Part shown: positions 42,229-56,570 of the stretch, piece after piece
Numbering within the stretch: the stretch's first letter is position 1
Layout: every line of letters starts with the position of its first letter
NCBI GenBank assembly: GCA_044892505.1
Contig: CM097883.1
Location: forward strand, 157,976,001 to 158,040,000
Direction: 5' to 3'
Origin: Schmidtea nova
Lineage: Eukaryota
DNA: 64,000 nucleotides
Notes under the pieces: model-generated
The model's database searches: none
Seen by the model: only the letters and a program-made list of their open reading frames with translations
What the model was told of the DNA's origin: nothing
Made by a program: the position numbers and the translations under genes

Positions 42229-43135
42229 ATTAATTGTTACTATAACCCTTTCTAATTTATACAAAATTACCCATTTAAAAAAAATAATTTTTAACATTTA
42301 TGTCAAACTCAATTTTTCAACACGAACTTTCATTATATAATTATATACATCACATATTTATTTAAATATTTATATGTCAATTCTTCCTTGGATTAACGAA
42401 CATGGAATAACAATTCTATTAAATTTATTCTTTTTTTAGATAATATATCAATAAATAATTTTTCTGATACTAACAAAAATGTCGACAGTGAAGAAACACT
42501 TGCATTAAAAGCCAGTGCTAAAAATTCGTATTAAATAGGAAGAAACCCAAATTTTGAGGAAAAATTAAGTTTAATTAAAGTTGAGGAAAATTAAAGATTT
42601 TAATGAAACATATTAAAGTTTAATAAAAGTATTTATAAGCATAATTTTCATTTTATAAAATTAGTTTTTAAATTAAAAATGCTTGTTGGGATTTTAATGT
42701 TGAATTCTTAATCGAGTAAAATTATATTTTAATTCTACTTAAATTAATTTATGTATTTCTGTGATGAAATATATATTTATTATTACTCATTAGGAAGTCC
42801 TTAAATGAAGCTTATTCAAAGAGAACATAGTTTACATTAATGATAGTAATAATAATAATAATTCTAATGTTTTACTATAAATATTGAGAAATGATGATTT
42901 TCTATTTTGTCAATGACTGTTAAAAAAAGTCCCCATTAACAAATGTACGTATAAAGTAATAAAGATTCCATTCCATAGCCATCATTCACATGCAGATTCG
43001 TGTAATTATCACCTACCACTCGAGAATATTTAGTGCTACTTAGGAATCAGTAGAAGAAGACCTGAATCACTCTGAATGTTAGTTTAAAAAGTTTTTATTT
43101 CATAAATAATTAATTAAATATTAAGTTATAATTAC

Positions 43136-43277
43136 CTATATTGACATCTTCCGCTCCTCCTTCGCCTTCAGGACATTTGCTGGTCTTGTTTAAACCTTTT
43201 TCTATGACATCTTGCAAAGCTTTTCGAGATAACAAATATCCTCCTCCACCACTCATATATCCTTGATTGACGTATGG
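43136..43277 (-). CDS. C1GALT1: Core 1 beta-1,3-galactosyltransferase, internal exon
   Basis: AG|PYVNQGYMSGGGGYLLSRKAL...AEDVNI(G)|GT; 142 bp, phase 0 to 1. Confidence 0.92.
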
Positions 43278-46116
43278 CTAAATATTACAGATCTTTATTT
43301 ATTTAAAAGTCACCATTAGTGTTAAAAGTAAATTGTGATATAACTTTAGACAATAAAAGAACTAGATTTTGATGTTAATTTTTAATTAAGTCATCGATGA
43401 ATCATAAAAAAATTTTGAAAAAAAAATATTATGAGTCATAAAAAATGGTGAATCATCGATGAGTCATAAAAAAATTGAAAAAAATGGTAAGTCATCGATG
43501 AGTCATTATGTCTTGGTTACCTGCTCCACACTTCTACCTACTTACGTATAATTGAAAACTGTTTGACTAAGTTTTTCCGTTTTAAGATCACATAACAAGT
43601 TTAATATTTGACCTGTTTTGTATAAAAATATTATTGAAAAAGTAATTTTAGCGAAATTCCCAAGTACAAATGTATTTGTATTTTAGACAGTTTTGATGAG
43701 GAGACTGAAATTATTGATTAATGAACGAATTGGACTAAGCTCTTATAAAACTGCTCAACGAATATTAGATAATATGCATCTAGAAAGATTATCCTATATT
43801 AATATAGTAAAGGATGTCAGTCTCATAACAGCTTTATAAATTGAATTAGGGTATTTGGACAAGAAATCGAGGATGGCCCTACTTGGACAGAATCTTCTAT
43901 GTCATTCCATTTACCCTTTCTTAAATGCGGAATAAATTCTCTCATTCATCGATTCTAGAAGTTCTCAGTGAACTTCTTAATTCGTTTCAACCGCAAATAT
44001 TACCTGATGATTAACACAAAACCTTCCGTAATTTTGTACATATCTATTTCATATCTATGTACCTATCTATGTACATATCTATTATAATACTTTTGACTTC
44101 CCAAATAATTAGCTTCGAAGTTATTCTAAGACCAAAATTCGAATAAAAGCCAAATCAAAAAATATTTCCAAAATCGCCAAAACAATTTAACAAAAAACTG
44201 ATTATTTAAACAACGATCTCAAAAGTATCTATAGATAATGGAAACTTTCTTTTCAAAAAAATTAAACACGAATTAATGAATTCATAAATTATCTTCTTTA
44301 TTTATTCTATTTGTAAAGAAAATAAAATCCATTGAATACGTGTTAGAATTTTCATTTAAATTTGAATGGCCTTAATTTTCTGGAAAATACTGAATAGTCA
44401 TATTCACCATTTGTCGAATGTTTCCCCATAGTAAAAAGTCATCAAAAAGAATTTAATTTTAAATTGCGATTGACAAATCAACACGAAGTTTTTGCATAAT
44501 ATCATGATAATGACGGCTTTCTACTTCTAATAAACTCGAAGTGGCATTTTATTTACTCTTGTTAAAGAACCAAAAGTGTCTCTAATATTTTGACGTTTCC
44601 TTGAATTATTTGGCGATAAATGGACGGATATTAACATATTTCGTTCATCGTCTTTGCATCATGAATTCTTCTCAGAAATCCATACACATTCCGACATGTG
44701 TACCGAACAAAAAAAACCCACCAAACAGAGGAATTGCATTTTGGAAATCGCCTTGTGATGTTTCATTTAATTTCGCTAATGCCATGCCAGTGACGTCTTT
44801 TTCTCCACAAATCATTGTCAATCTAGAAATAGCCACATCTCGATCAGGGAGTTCGAATCGCAATTCTGTTCACCGAGAAGTAATTGGATCAATTGGATCG
44901 AGTTCTATTGTTCTTCTGAAAGCACTTTGTGCTGTAGCTGTGACTACTTTCACAACTTCATTCTCCTTTTTCTTGGCCATAAACTCTTTCTCTCCTCGAT
45001 TGATACTGTCCATTTTTATCGTTTTAGTAATTCCTAATCAGTTGTCTGATTTTCATTAATTGGCACAAAATAATTTCCACTTTTTGATTCATTGTGCATT
45101 CTGTTATTTATAATTAGGCGTCCTCTGCCTTTCATTTCATTCAATTGTAATTCCATCAAAATTGCTTTCCATATTAAACTCAAATTCAGTAATTATTTCA
45201 TAAATAGATCCTCGATAACACCTTCAAATTCTTCAGTTCTTACAGAATACTTTTTTCACATTGTTTATAGTGGCTGGTTTAGCTAACGGCTTCCATAAAG
45301 ATGCCTTAATGAACACTAAATATGTAAGGGTTAGTATGCTTTTCATGAAAGGTGTATTAAGTCTCATCGCCGATATTGAAAAATGTTAATTATTCAGATG
45401 AACTGAATAATAAAGAATTACACTCGATTATTTTTACGCGATGAATGCGTACCAGTGAAAACCTTGTAAAAACGACTCAGTGAAATAAGAGATATGATCA
45501 AAACAGCTTTCGAAGTTATGTAGAATGAAATGGAGAACGATATTTCATTCATGCAATATAATTTCTGATCATGTTCATCCATGTAAAATATAATTTGTAA
45601 ATAATTCAATTTAGAAAACAGACAAAATTAGCAACAAAAACATTGTAAAATAAAGAATAAAACTTCTCGAACGAAAATAAGAAGTCAATTTAGTAGCCAT
45701 TCAATTGTCCTTGATAATAAATAGTATCTAACACGTCTGATAAATCCTAATCCAGTGGAGACTCTCACCCTTTATTAATTTGTACTATTTCATGGAAAGT
45801 CCTAAGAGGTTGCTTTTACTGTTCTCATCTTATCTATTATATGTTGTTGAGCTTTTGGTTTTGCAAGTTTTTTATACATTTCTTAATACAAAATTGCATA
45901 TATCAGTACATTTCGATGGAATTTATTGCGCGTTCTACATCCGAATAATTAGTAAGAAAAGGATATTCCAAATTTGTAGCAAACGTTATTTATTTGAAGT
46001 ATGGACAAAGTGTTTTATAAATGAATACATATATATAGCCCCCGAATATCGAGCAAGAATTGGCTAGCGACAAATATGTACGAGCACAATATTTGCTGAA
46101 ATTAGAATAAACTAAC

Positions 46117-46316
46117 CTTGAACCGGCGACCCATGTAAAATGGTTTATTAGGATTGAGTGACTTGACCATGTGACGAAGGTTTTCCACAATCACAAATGT
46201 GTCATCATCGGCTTTCAGAAAATAATCATAATCATTCAAATGTTTTTCGTACAAATATTTTAAGGAGTTCTTAGTTTTTTGCCATAAATGATCACGTCCA
46301 TCTGTTACATTTGAGT
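46117..46316 (-). CDS. C1GALT1: Core 1 beta-1,3-galactosyltransferase, internal exon containing the DDD motif
   Basis: GRDHLWQKT...YFLKADDDTFVIVENLR...YMGRRFK|GT. Confidence 0.92.
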
Positions 46317-46366
46317 CTAGAACGTTATTATTTTATACAGAATCGTCTTGTCAATGAATTTCTAAC

Positions 46367-46540
46367 TGATAGCTCGCAATTTGGTATCATTTTTATTACT
46401 CATAAAAATATAATTGTTGCATCTTTTCGCCCAAGTCGCTTTAATGTGGTGAGCTTTGTTTTCATGGTCTTTTGCTATTGTCATAATCCAGCAAAATATC
46501 CGAACTTTATTATAGAGAACTTTTGCCACAATGTCTTCCG
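46367..46540 (-). CDS. C1GALT1: Core 1 beta-1,3-galactosyltransferase, exon (first coding exon with TM not located)
   Basis: KVRIFCWIMT...HIKATWAKRCNNYIFMS; joined to the next exon by a 50-bp GT-AG intron. Confidence 0.9.
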
Positions 46541-48832
46541 CTGCAATTATTGGAAAGGATTAATTTACAGATTTAATAAAATTAACCTTAGAAAACAGTA
46601 GTGCAAATTATAAAGTGCTATCAAAGTTCATTAAAATACATTTGAAGAACTAACAAATGGAAATATTTATATTGGGTTGTGTATGAATAGAATGAAAAAG
46701 AATTTAGCACTTGTATATTCAATGAGAGCTGCTCATATCACACTTTTAGCAATCAAAATCATACTTGAAAACATTATTTAACTATAGAGTTATGAATAGT
46801 TAATAAGAGTATTTTGAAATAATTCTTAAGTAATATGCACAATATCAAGGAATGTCGTTTGTTTATTATCAAATTTTAACTTCTTGACATCAAAATTGAT
46901 TCAACTTTTTTACATATTTATACTATTTCATTTTTCCGTGCTCCTTCATATATAAAACTTCATAAAAACACAGAATATTTAATATTGTATAACAAAACAT
47001 TATTGTTTATTGTAACGGATTAAAATATCCAAGGACAAGATTTTAATAAAAAAATTAAAATTTCAAGGTGAGATTTATTCTTTAGAATTCATTAACAGAG
47101 GATTTTTATGAAAGAATTATTCTAATTTTGTATAGGGAAGTGATTTTCTTTTGATTTTTTAAAATGTTTTTATTTGAAAAAAAAGAACATTTTATTAATT
47201 AAAGGACTTTGACTCTCTATATGACTTTTTAAAATTTTTTAAAAAAAAGGATGCTCTAATTAATGAAAATTATTAAATAAAATATTTTTAAATTTTATTT
47301 TAAGTTGAAAATTTTATTTAATATATCTCAGAAATAAATCTTAATTTGTTTTATCAATTAACATTAAATCAGAATTCAGGAGAAAGAAAATATCCAGAAA
47401 GAAGTGGAATATCATTTGGAAAGAATTTCGCATTGAGTGATCAGGATCTTTTAAAGATCGAAATATTTTATTTAAATAAACATTGCGGAGAAGGCTTACT
47501 ATTGTTACCTTATTATTATATTTTAATAAACTCTGCTAACGACAAACCAATTTGTATTGTTACGGATTATACAACACTAAATCACGCAATACATATTCAA
47601 ACAAACCATTTCTAATCATTATTATTATAATTTATTTATTTATTATTAATGTTATCTATTTGGAAAAAAATAGCTAAACATTCTTAAAAAACAGACAACG
47701 CAGTTATATCCTTGATATATTTGGTGTTTGGTTTAGTAATTTAGTCTACTTGCTACTTAGTAATTTTTTAAAAATTAAAATTAAAAGTTACGGAGTTAAA
47801 ATAGTAGTTTATTTTTGAATATCCAAATTACCCAATGTACATTTCTTGGTATATATTTTAAAATTATTCGCGACCCACACTCTGAGGACCTCTGATTTAT
47901 ATCAGAGTAAAGTAGGTGATTTTGAAATATAATTTGACAAACAGTAAATCCATATACAAAGTTGCATAATAGACGTGCAAGCCTGAACTGAACAAAGAAT
48001 GCAGTATAATTGCAATAATGTGATTGGCTAGAATTGTGGTAATCACCATTGGTCATTTATAGACAACAAGTGTTAACAGGAACAAACCGGCATTAGCCGT
48101 CGGTAAGAATTGATCAGTGAACGTCATCAAACTAAAAAGTGATCAAATGGTATCATCAATCGTCTAATTGGTAGAATCAATAAAGTTATTACGTAAATAT
48201 CAATTGAACTAATAATTGAAATACTACTAATTCAATACTTCGATAATGGTTATAGTCAACGTTCCCTTTAAGACTAATGACTGGTTTATTCAATTTATAA
48301 CTTCAATAACACATTCTGTGTCACATACGAGCTAACCGTACTACATTCAGCATTATACGCTGCATTGTTTATTTTAGTTATAAAAAATACTTAATATTTT
48401 CACTATTGTGTTTGTTGTTTACTTTTTTAAACACTTTTTAACATTGGCACGTGAGGATTAAAATCTTACTTTTTTGGTAGCGAAAATGTTAAGTGAGCGA
48501 AATGCAATAGTATGACAATTGACAATCTTTGCAATTTCCATAAACTCCAACTGGTTAAGGTGGGTTGATTAAAAGTGGTGTAAGTCTTTCTTAAAATGAC
48601 TTTTATATCTTTAATAGCGTCATCGATTCCATAATCTTCTTAGTAAAGAACACAGTGCTGTTCTGTCAAATGGAGAACCTGTGCTTGAAGAAAAGCCGCC
48701 ACCTACCTACTTTGAGTAATAAAAACTAAATTAAATCCACAGAAAATAATGCTGTGTAATTTTGAACAATAACTCCTAAATCGAAACAAACGATTACTGG
48801 TGAATTACACTATCAAGAACGCAGTCAGATAG

Positions 48833-51800
48833 CAGGGCCCGCTCTAAGGCCGGGCAATCCGGACATTTGTCATGGCGGCATTTTGGTTGTAAGTGTGAGA
48901 AAAATAGAAAAATATTGATGTGTTAAATACTCAATAAATAGAAAATTTCAGATATCATTTATTTCGTTAGTAAACGTTTACAGTACAGCGTAGCGTATAT
49001 TTATATTGTTTATGTCTAAATGCTAAAAATATTTACACTATTATTAAAAAAATAACGAAGTATTTGTAAAGAACGATGTTTGAACTTGTTTGAACATGCA
49101 ACCAATGCAATATAACAATGAATATATGCAAGGAAAAACATTATCTGAAGCAACGATATAAGACATTTATTAAGTTCACCCCTTCATTAAAACGCGTTTT
49201 ATAATAATCTATTTAAATAATTTAACTGAATAAAATCTCAAAATCATGAATTATAAAATTGTTTTAATGACTATTTATGATTTGCTGAAGTATTTGCTAT
49301 TATATAAGTTACATATAATAAAAATTTACTTTCTTTATTTTCCCAGACCCTAGATACGAAAATGTCTAACGATCAAAGAAAAAGACTGTCTGGTTAGCAG
49401 TACAAAAAAGAAGGCTGGAAATAGAAATCGAAAGGCAAAAAAAGCTGGCGCTTTGCAAAATTATATACAGAGTTGTACCAGAACCAAGATAGGATCTGAA
49501 TGTACCAAAAGAAAGGACGACTCTGAGAATCTAGCGTTAAGTTCGGTTATAAATGAAAATACAATGTCGTCAGAGGATGATGACAAACAAATGAACGAAG
49601 TTTCTAAATCAATTGAAACTGACGACGCTCTCACTCAGTTATCACCAGATGAAAGCATTGGAAAAATTGACACCAACTTGATACCTGCAGAAAACGTTTT
49701 ACAAACTTTGAATACAAATCCAGTATTATGGCCAAGAATTTTTGGAGACACCGAAAGAAGTTTTTTAGTAAGACAAGTGCCACCTAAACCGTTGCATAAT
49801 TACAAATTTCCTTTCAATGACGCTGGTCGGCATTTTAGCGCAAATTATTATGCACGAATTTTAAGCAATGGAGAGCAAGTTTTACGAGACTGGCTAGTTT
49901 ACTCTCTTTCACAAAACTGCGTTTATTGCTTCTGCTGCAAAATTTTCGGCTGTATAGTTAGTTCTCTTTCAAAGGAGGGTTTTAAAAGTTGGAAGCATCT
50001 CTGCGAAACTTTAAAAGAGCATAAAATTTCCAAAAATCATATTCAGGCCCAAAATCATGATTAGAAATGAACCAAAGATTAAAATGTTGCAAAACTATAG
50101 ATGCAGCCGCTCAAAGAATTATTAATGCCTAAACAAATCATTGGAACGAGGTACTTCTAAGAATCATAGCAATTACAAAAATGCTTGGTAAAAGTAGTTT
50201 GGCCTTTCAAGGTACAAGCGACAAGTTGTTTGAGCATAATAACGGTAATTTCTTAAACATATTGGAGTTGCTATCTGAATTCGATCCCATTATGGAAGAG
50301 CACGTCCGTAGAGAGCTTAAAAAGGGAGAGACTAAAGTTCATTACCTAGGGAAGAATATACATAGCGAGATTATAGATCTGTTGCATCAAACTGTTATAT
50401 CTTATATTATTGATGAAATAAAAAAATTCAAATACTTTTCCATAATTTTAGACTGTACTCCTGACATTAGCAAAGTAGAGCAAATGACACTCTTGTAATT
50501 AGATATGTTTCAATCAATAAATTTGATGCTGATGTTGAAATTAAAATTAATGAAAACTTTTTAGGCTTCTTACCAGTCAAAAGATCCAGAGGAAAACAAA
50601 TTTCTGATATTATAATCGCAGAACTTAATAATTTAGGTTTAAATTTGCAGGTTATCAGAGGGCAGGGATACAACAACGGGTCTAATATGAGGAGTGATGA
50701 AGCAGGAGTGCAATCTAGAATTAAACAACGTAATTCACGAGCATTCTATGTTCCGTCTAGCAGCCACTTTCTCAATCTTGTTGTTAACGATATGACAAAA
50801 GCATCCTTGGAGGCCACTAATTTCTTCAACATGGTGAAAAAATATATTTATTCTTTTCAGCATCTACTTTTCGTTGGACAATACTTTAAAAAATGTGTTC
50901 AAGGTTTAACTTTGAAACCATTGAGTGACACTAGATGGGAAAGTAGGATAGAGGCCTTGAAGCCTTTGAGATTCCAATTGGGAAATACGATGCCTTGCTA
51001 AGCATTTTCGAAAACCACGAAATTGATAATTTAATAAGAGACGAGGCCTCGGGTTTATTAAATTTTATTAAACAATTTAAGTTTTTGTGTTCAATAGTCA
51101 TTTGGCATAAAATACTAAATTGCAATAATCCAATAAGTAAGTTGATGCAAACAAAAGATTTTGATCTACCCTCTGCACTTGATCTTTTACAAAACTGCAA
51201 AATGTTTTATAAGAATCTTCGATCGGATTCGTCCTTCAATGAAACTATTATTGATGCAAAAGAACTTAACTTGCTACCAAAATTGATGTGGAGGCTAATT
51301 TTGGATCAACAATAACATTGCACCGCATTAGAAGAATAAAGAGGAAATTCTCATACGAAGCACAAGATGAACCCATTAAAGATCCAAAAGAAAAATATAA
51401 AATAGATATTTTTTATTTTACAATCGATCAGACACTAAATGCACTAGATATTAGGTTTGAATATCTTAGTAATCATAGTAACTATTTTCAATTCTTATAC
51501 AACATATACGATTTAAATACCATGTCCAAAGAAAAGCTACTAAAACACTGTAAGAATTTAGAATGTATTTTATCTGATGGTGATTCTGTTGACATAAATG
51601 GGGTAGAAATAGCTGTGGAAATTTCAGCATTATCTGCTCTTTTGGGAAAAATAGAAAGCCCAAGCAATGTACTAAGCTTAATTAAAAAGTTAAATTTTGC
51701 CCCAAATCTTTCTATTGCTTTAAGAATATTGCTAGCGATACCCATTACTGTAGCTAGTGGCGAAAGGAGTTTCTCTAAATTAAAATTAATTAAGAACTTT

Positions 51801-52282
51801 TTACGTTCGACTACTACACAGAATCGTCTTAATGGTTTGGCCGTTTTGTCAATTGAGCATGAAATTGCTGATTAAGTAAATTTAAGATGTAATAAAAATA
51901 GTTTGCAGAACTGAAAGTAAGAAAAGTAAGTTATTTGTGATTTCAGCGTTAGTTTATGTTACCTTGTTTTATTTTCAAAAAATGGCATTATGATTGTTTG
52001 TGCAATAATTCAATTTAATAGCATATGAAAATGTATAAAATTATTTGGTTTAAAATTTGTGGCTAAGTACAGATATTTCTTAATTTCTACTGTTTTGTGC
52101 TGCTTGATAATCAATCTTATGTTATATGTTTTCTATTATTAAAATTTGTATAAAATTATTTGGTTTTTATTGAAAATAAAAAATAGGTACATTTATTTAA
52201 AAATTATATATTAATATATATTCTTAAGGGGCGGCAATTTGTCTTTTTGTCCGTGGCCGCGTAACCGCTAGAGTGGACCCTG
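48833..52282 (+). mobile_element. hAT transposon with fragmented transposase (49362-51875)
   Basis: TIRs CAGGGCCCGCTCTA / TAGAGTGGACCCTG; CAGATAG on both flanks; RDWLVYS...YCFCCKIF, FSIILDCTPD, DTRWESR, PITVASGERSFSKLKLIK. Confidence 0.9.
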
Positions 52283-55200
52283 CAGATAGTAATTCTATGG
52301 AATAAAATTTATTCCAGTCACTTTAGAGACGAAGATACTTGCAAACAAGACATCGCGACATTTATCGCCTTAAAATCCACTCAAGTTTCTCAGGTGTATG
52401 ATTGAAAATTTAATCAAGAATTATAAAAACATTGTGGATAAAGTTTTTTAATACGAAATTCATTAAATTTAACAACTAAGATATGTACATTTCTTTGTTA
52501 GTAATATAAAACATTTAATATTTGACAATTATGTGAAGACATAAATTAATAAAATTATAAATGCCAAAGTATTTGGATTGTTATCAATGATGTTATCAAA
52601 TGAATATTGTTGACAATTTCAAATGAGTTACATTGAAAAGTAAAATACAAGCACGTTTTATTCGAAAAATATTCATAAAGAGGGATACGTATATTTTAGA
52701 AACATTTCGTAGAAATGATATCAATTGTATCAGTAACTTCATCTTTGGTTACGGTAATGGTTGATAAAAAATTATATCCTATTTTCACATTTTTTAAAAT
52801 GATTTCCAGTAACTTGTTTGAAAAAAACCTAAGAGTACTGTGTTTTGGACACATTAAATACACATATGAAGTCGGAATTTTGTAGGAAATAAAATAGAAC
52901 TTAAGGTTTTCCATTTTTATCATTGAAACATGCTATAAAAGGAAAACCTTTTCGAACTTTTTCTCTAAAACGAAAGGATTTATGAGGAAACCGAGACAAT
53001 ATTCACTTATGGCTCTTGAACATGTATGGTAGTAGTAGAAAAAGTATTATGAACCACTAAAGTTAATAACTGTAAATGTCAATGATAAAGCAAATTGAAA
53101 CTTCTTGATAATCGGTAACGAAATTAATATATATATATATATATATATATATCATTATTTTTAGACTTTGTGTACATTGGAAAACAAAAGTGTAATTCAA
53201 AAAAATTATTTTATAAACACGTAAAGCCCTTCAAAAAACTTTTCACATGAATTATACAAAGCTGAATGTGTGTATACGACAACTACCAAAATATAAACAA
53301 TTAATAGAAATATTTGATAAGCCAAACTAATATTATCAATTTTACGCCTTTGTGGAGTACATTTGAGTTTTCTAATAAAATTTAAATGTAATGTGAGTGC
53401 TTTTAAATAATTTATATTAAACTTCGCTTGTAAGATATTAATGCATTTGATCTATTCAGATAATAGAAATACATCAATTGTCGGTGATAGATATAGATCG
53501 GACAAGCAACGATGACTTTTGAAATTAATTTTATATTTCAATATCAATAGTTTGATTCTGGGATTCTAACAATTCGGGAAAATGTTTATTCGGAAAACAA
53601 TTTTTAGTAACAAGTACCCTTTAAGACATAATTAGAATAACTTTTACGTGTTTCGTGAGACAATTAATGTCAATTGTAATAGGTGGAGGTAAGATAACAA
53701 ACTTAATAATCATATAATTTTCTGTCAAAAGCCCCGCTTTAAACAATGTCTATATTCATCATTTGGTGTATACTTTTTGGCAGATTTAAAACCAACTTTT
53801 TTAGTCTCAGTATTGTTACAATTTCAGTTAGCTTATTAATATTTGTCATGTATACATGTTTATATGGATTTATAATCCACGAGTCTTCATTTTTTCAATC
53901 CGGGCATATTTGAGGAAAATGAGGAATTATTAAATAATTATCAAAACAAAAAATTCTTTATAAATTTATTGCATTTATTTATGATTATAATTAAAGAATG
54001 ATTTCAGCACTTTTGAAAATATTAATCTGATAATAAATCTAATAAATCAAACCAAATTCCAAGACAAATTAGTAAATAATTATTATTATATTACAATATC
54101 TATAAACAATAAGTAACTAATTATGAAATCATTTTGATTTATATCTATTAGATTTTATATTATGCAATTGATGAAACGATTTAGTGATTTGAAGGTTTAA
54201 AGTAGACAAAAAATATTACCATCATGTGAAGAATCATGTTTGTCTGGCCATATAATCTCTTGTTTTCTCAATTCATCTGAATGTTGTCCCTGGAAACTTT
54301 GAAATTGTTCTTCATTGTTGTGAGGTGACAGGGGAGCAAAAACATGAAAATCTGATTGTTTGTTATCAATCACGTAGCGTGATATTAGTGTAAATGCATA
54401 AAATGATGTGAAACCCAAAATAAAAAAGATAATATTTCTGTTTCTAAAATTAGATTAAAAATCAAAAATAATTTTAAAAATAATTTACCCAATCATTTTA
54501 AAATTGACTGTTTAAAAGTTCAACTAAGTTGATTTAAAACTATGCATTAAAAGAAAGTTTTAATTGAAAATTTTGAAATGGATTTTATTATTTTTTATAA
54601 AAAAGCTACATTATAAAATTAGAAATAAATTATTTCTATTTATTAGAATTTTTGAATTTTTTTTCATATACAAACAATATTTGATGAAATTAAAATAATT
54701 TGCAAATTGTTATTAAATAAAAAATGTAATATTATTTAGAACTTATGATGAATTTTATATTTTTGTATTCCAAATATTTTCAATGTAGTTCAAAATTTTT
54801 TAATTTAGTTTAATGTTCTTGATACCACTGGGTTATTGGTGAGCATAAAACTGGTTGGTTGTTCACCCTCAATATTAGCTTGACGCTGCTATGACTCATC
54901 ATCAACAACTCAACACAAAACATTAGTTGCTCGTCACAATGTAACGTTGGTAATCCAACAAAACGGGTAGTTTTTCGCAAACAATGAGAGTCTAAAATTC
55001 GAAGCTATGAGTGACCCGAACATCACAGTGGGTTCAAAGGCGTCTGATAGAAAGTTTAATGCCCATTTTAAGTCTTTTAATATATTCTGTATCTCTGCTA
55101 AGATTATGACAAGTCCAATGAGCGCTTAGGTTGTAGAGAGGATAAATCGAAAATTCCTTCTAGAACAATTTGTTTTACTGCATCAATGAAAACAACACAC

Positions 55201-55668
55201 AAAACACTCTATATATACCGTCATCAAAATCGAAATCGCCAGAATTTGCTTAAAAATTGTTCATGAATTTCGTCAGAATTTGTCAGAATTTTCGCAAATA
55301 TTTTTCAAAAAAAATTCTTAAAACCAACTGGTAAAAGTCCTATCGCAACAGTACTCTGCAAATCTTTTAAAGAAAAACTACAAAGACGCTCTCATCGCAC
55401 AAATATTCAATTTGGCTCGCAAAAACCCACTTCTTATACTCATACAGCCTAGTTCAAAGGAGATCCTCAAATGTAAGGATGATGTTTTTGTCCCAATGTG
55501 GGATATCGAGTCATGCTCTCGTTATCCCACGCGAAGTATTTTATTTCATGTTTTATTGCATATTATTAAGAGTTATTATTATTATTATTTATATGAGAAA
55601 TTAGAAATATTAATTTTGGTTTTTTAGTTTTTTTAGTTTTTTTAGTTTTTTTATTTACTTAAAACTAA

Positions 55669-56570
55669 TGTCACAAGTTCCCATAGTGTACTAAAAATTG
55701 TTATTGATACTATTAATATTGTCGGGGTTAGATGAAGTAGTGCAAGTAAAATGAAAGTGCGCCGGGAGTGAAGGAAAATCAATAAAAAGGCTGAAAAGCG
55801 TTAAATTCACAATTAATAAAGAAGTACAAAATAAATTTAATTTTAAAAAAAGATTTAACGGAGGAAATTGGTATGTACGGATAGCAAATGGAGACGAGTA
55901 TGAATATGATAATAAAATATCAATGGAGTGTCCCCAGATAAAGATATTCAGTAAATAGAAATTAATTAAAAATTTATGAATAATTTATTAGTTCTGTAGA
56001 AAACTCTAGTCAAAGGGAAGCCCGAGTGCATGGGAGATTTGTGCTAGTGGAGAGCTTGAGCAAAAGGAAACCGAGAGAAAATCGAATTACCAAAAGCGCG
56101 GATCACATAAATCAAATTATAAAAAATTATAATTAGCAAAATTCCAATTACGGAAAGTCATAATCGAATTTGACCGCAAGTTTGGAAAACATAACTAATC
56201 TGTTGACAAATTGGTAAACTATAAAAGCAGTAAGAAAAACAACAAATTGCCAGTTGGTTGAAGAAAAATTCAAAAGAGTTGAGCGAGAAATCTGAAAGTA
56301 GAAATAGAAGCTGAAACGGTAATTAAAAGTATAAAGTATCAATCTATCAATTTCCTGCGTACCAGAATGGGAGATATGCTATTGCGTGTTCTACCATTTT
56401 GCAAAGTGCAGAACATTTATAACTTTCTATGATTTTGAGTGTTGTTATTGAATCAAAAAATAAAAATTATTGTGTTGGGTTGGGTTGGGTTATTTATTAT
56501 CGTGATAAAAAGAGAACACATGAGTCAGATAACACTGACTATTCATTAATAACCCAGCAAAATTATAACA
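55669..56570 (+). mobile_element. Probable solo LTR (902 bp), unrelated to the giant element's LTR
   Basis: TGT...ACA ends, 4-bp direct flanks CTAA/CTAA, internal TATAAAA at 56220. Confidence 0.6.

Noticed and set aside
44400-45600. Coding-like decayed sequence on the minus strand within the C1GALT1 intron
   Set aside because: Multiple stops and no family motif I can recognise
47796-48056. Candidate first (TM-encoding) exon of C1GALT1: RLLCNFVYGFTVCQIIF
   Set aside because: Plausible, but the best donor is phase 0 while the next exon needs phase 1; not supportable without cDNA
55330-55590. Possible LINE 3'-end remnant followed by (TTA)n
   Set aside because: Similarity needs several frameshifts; too weak to call
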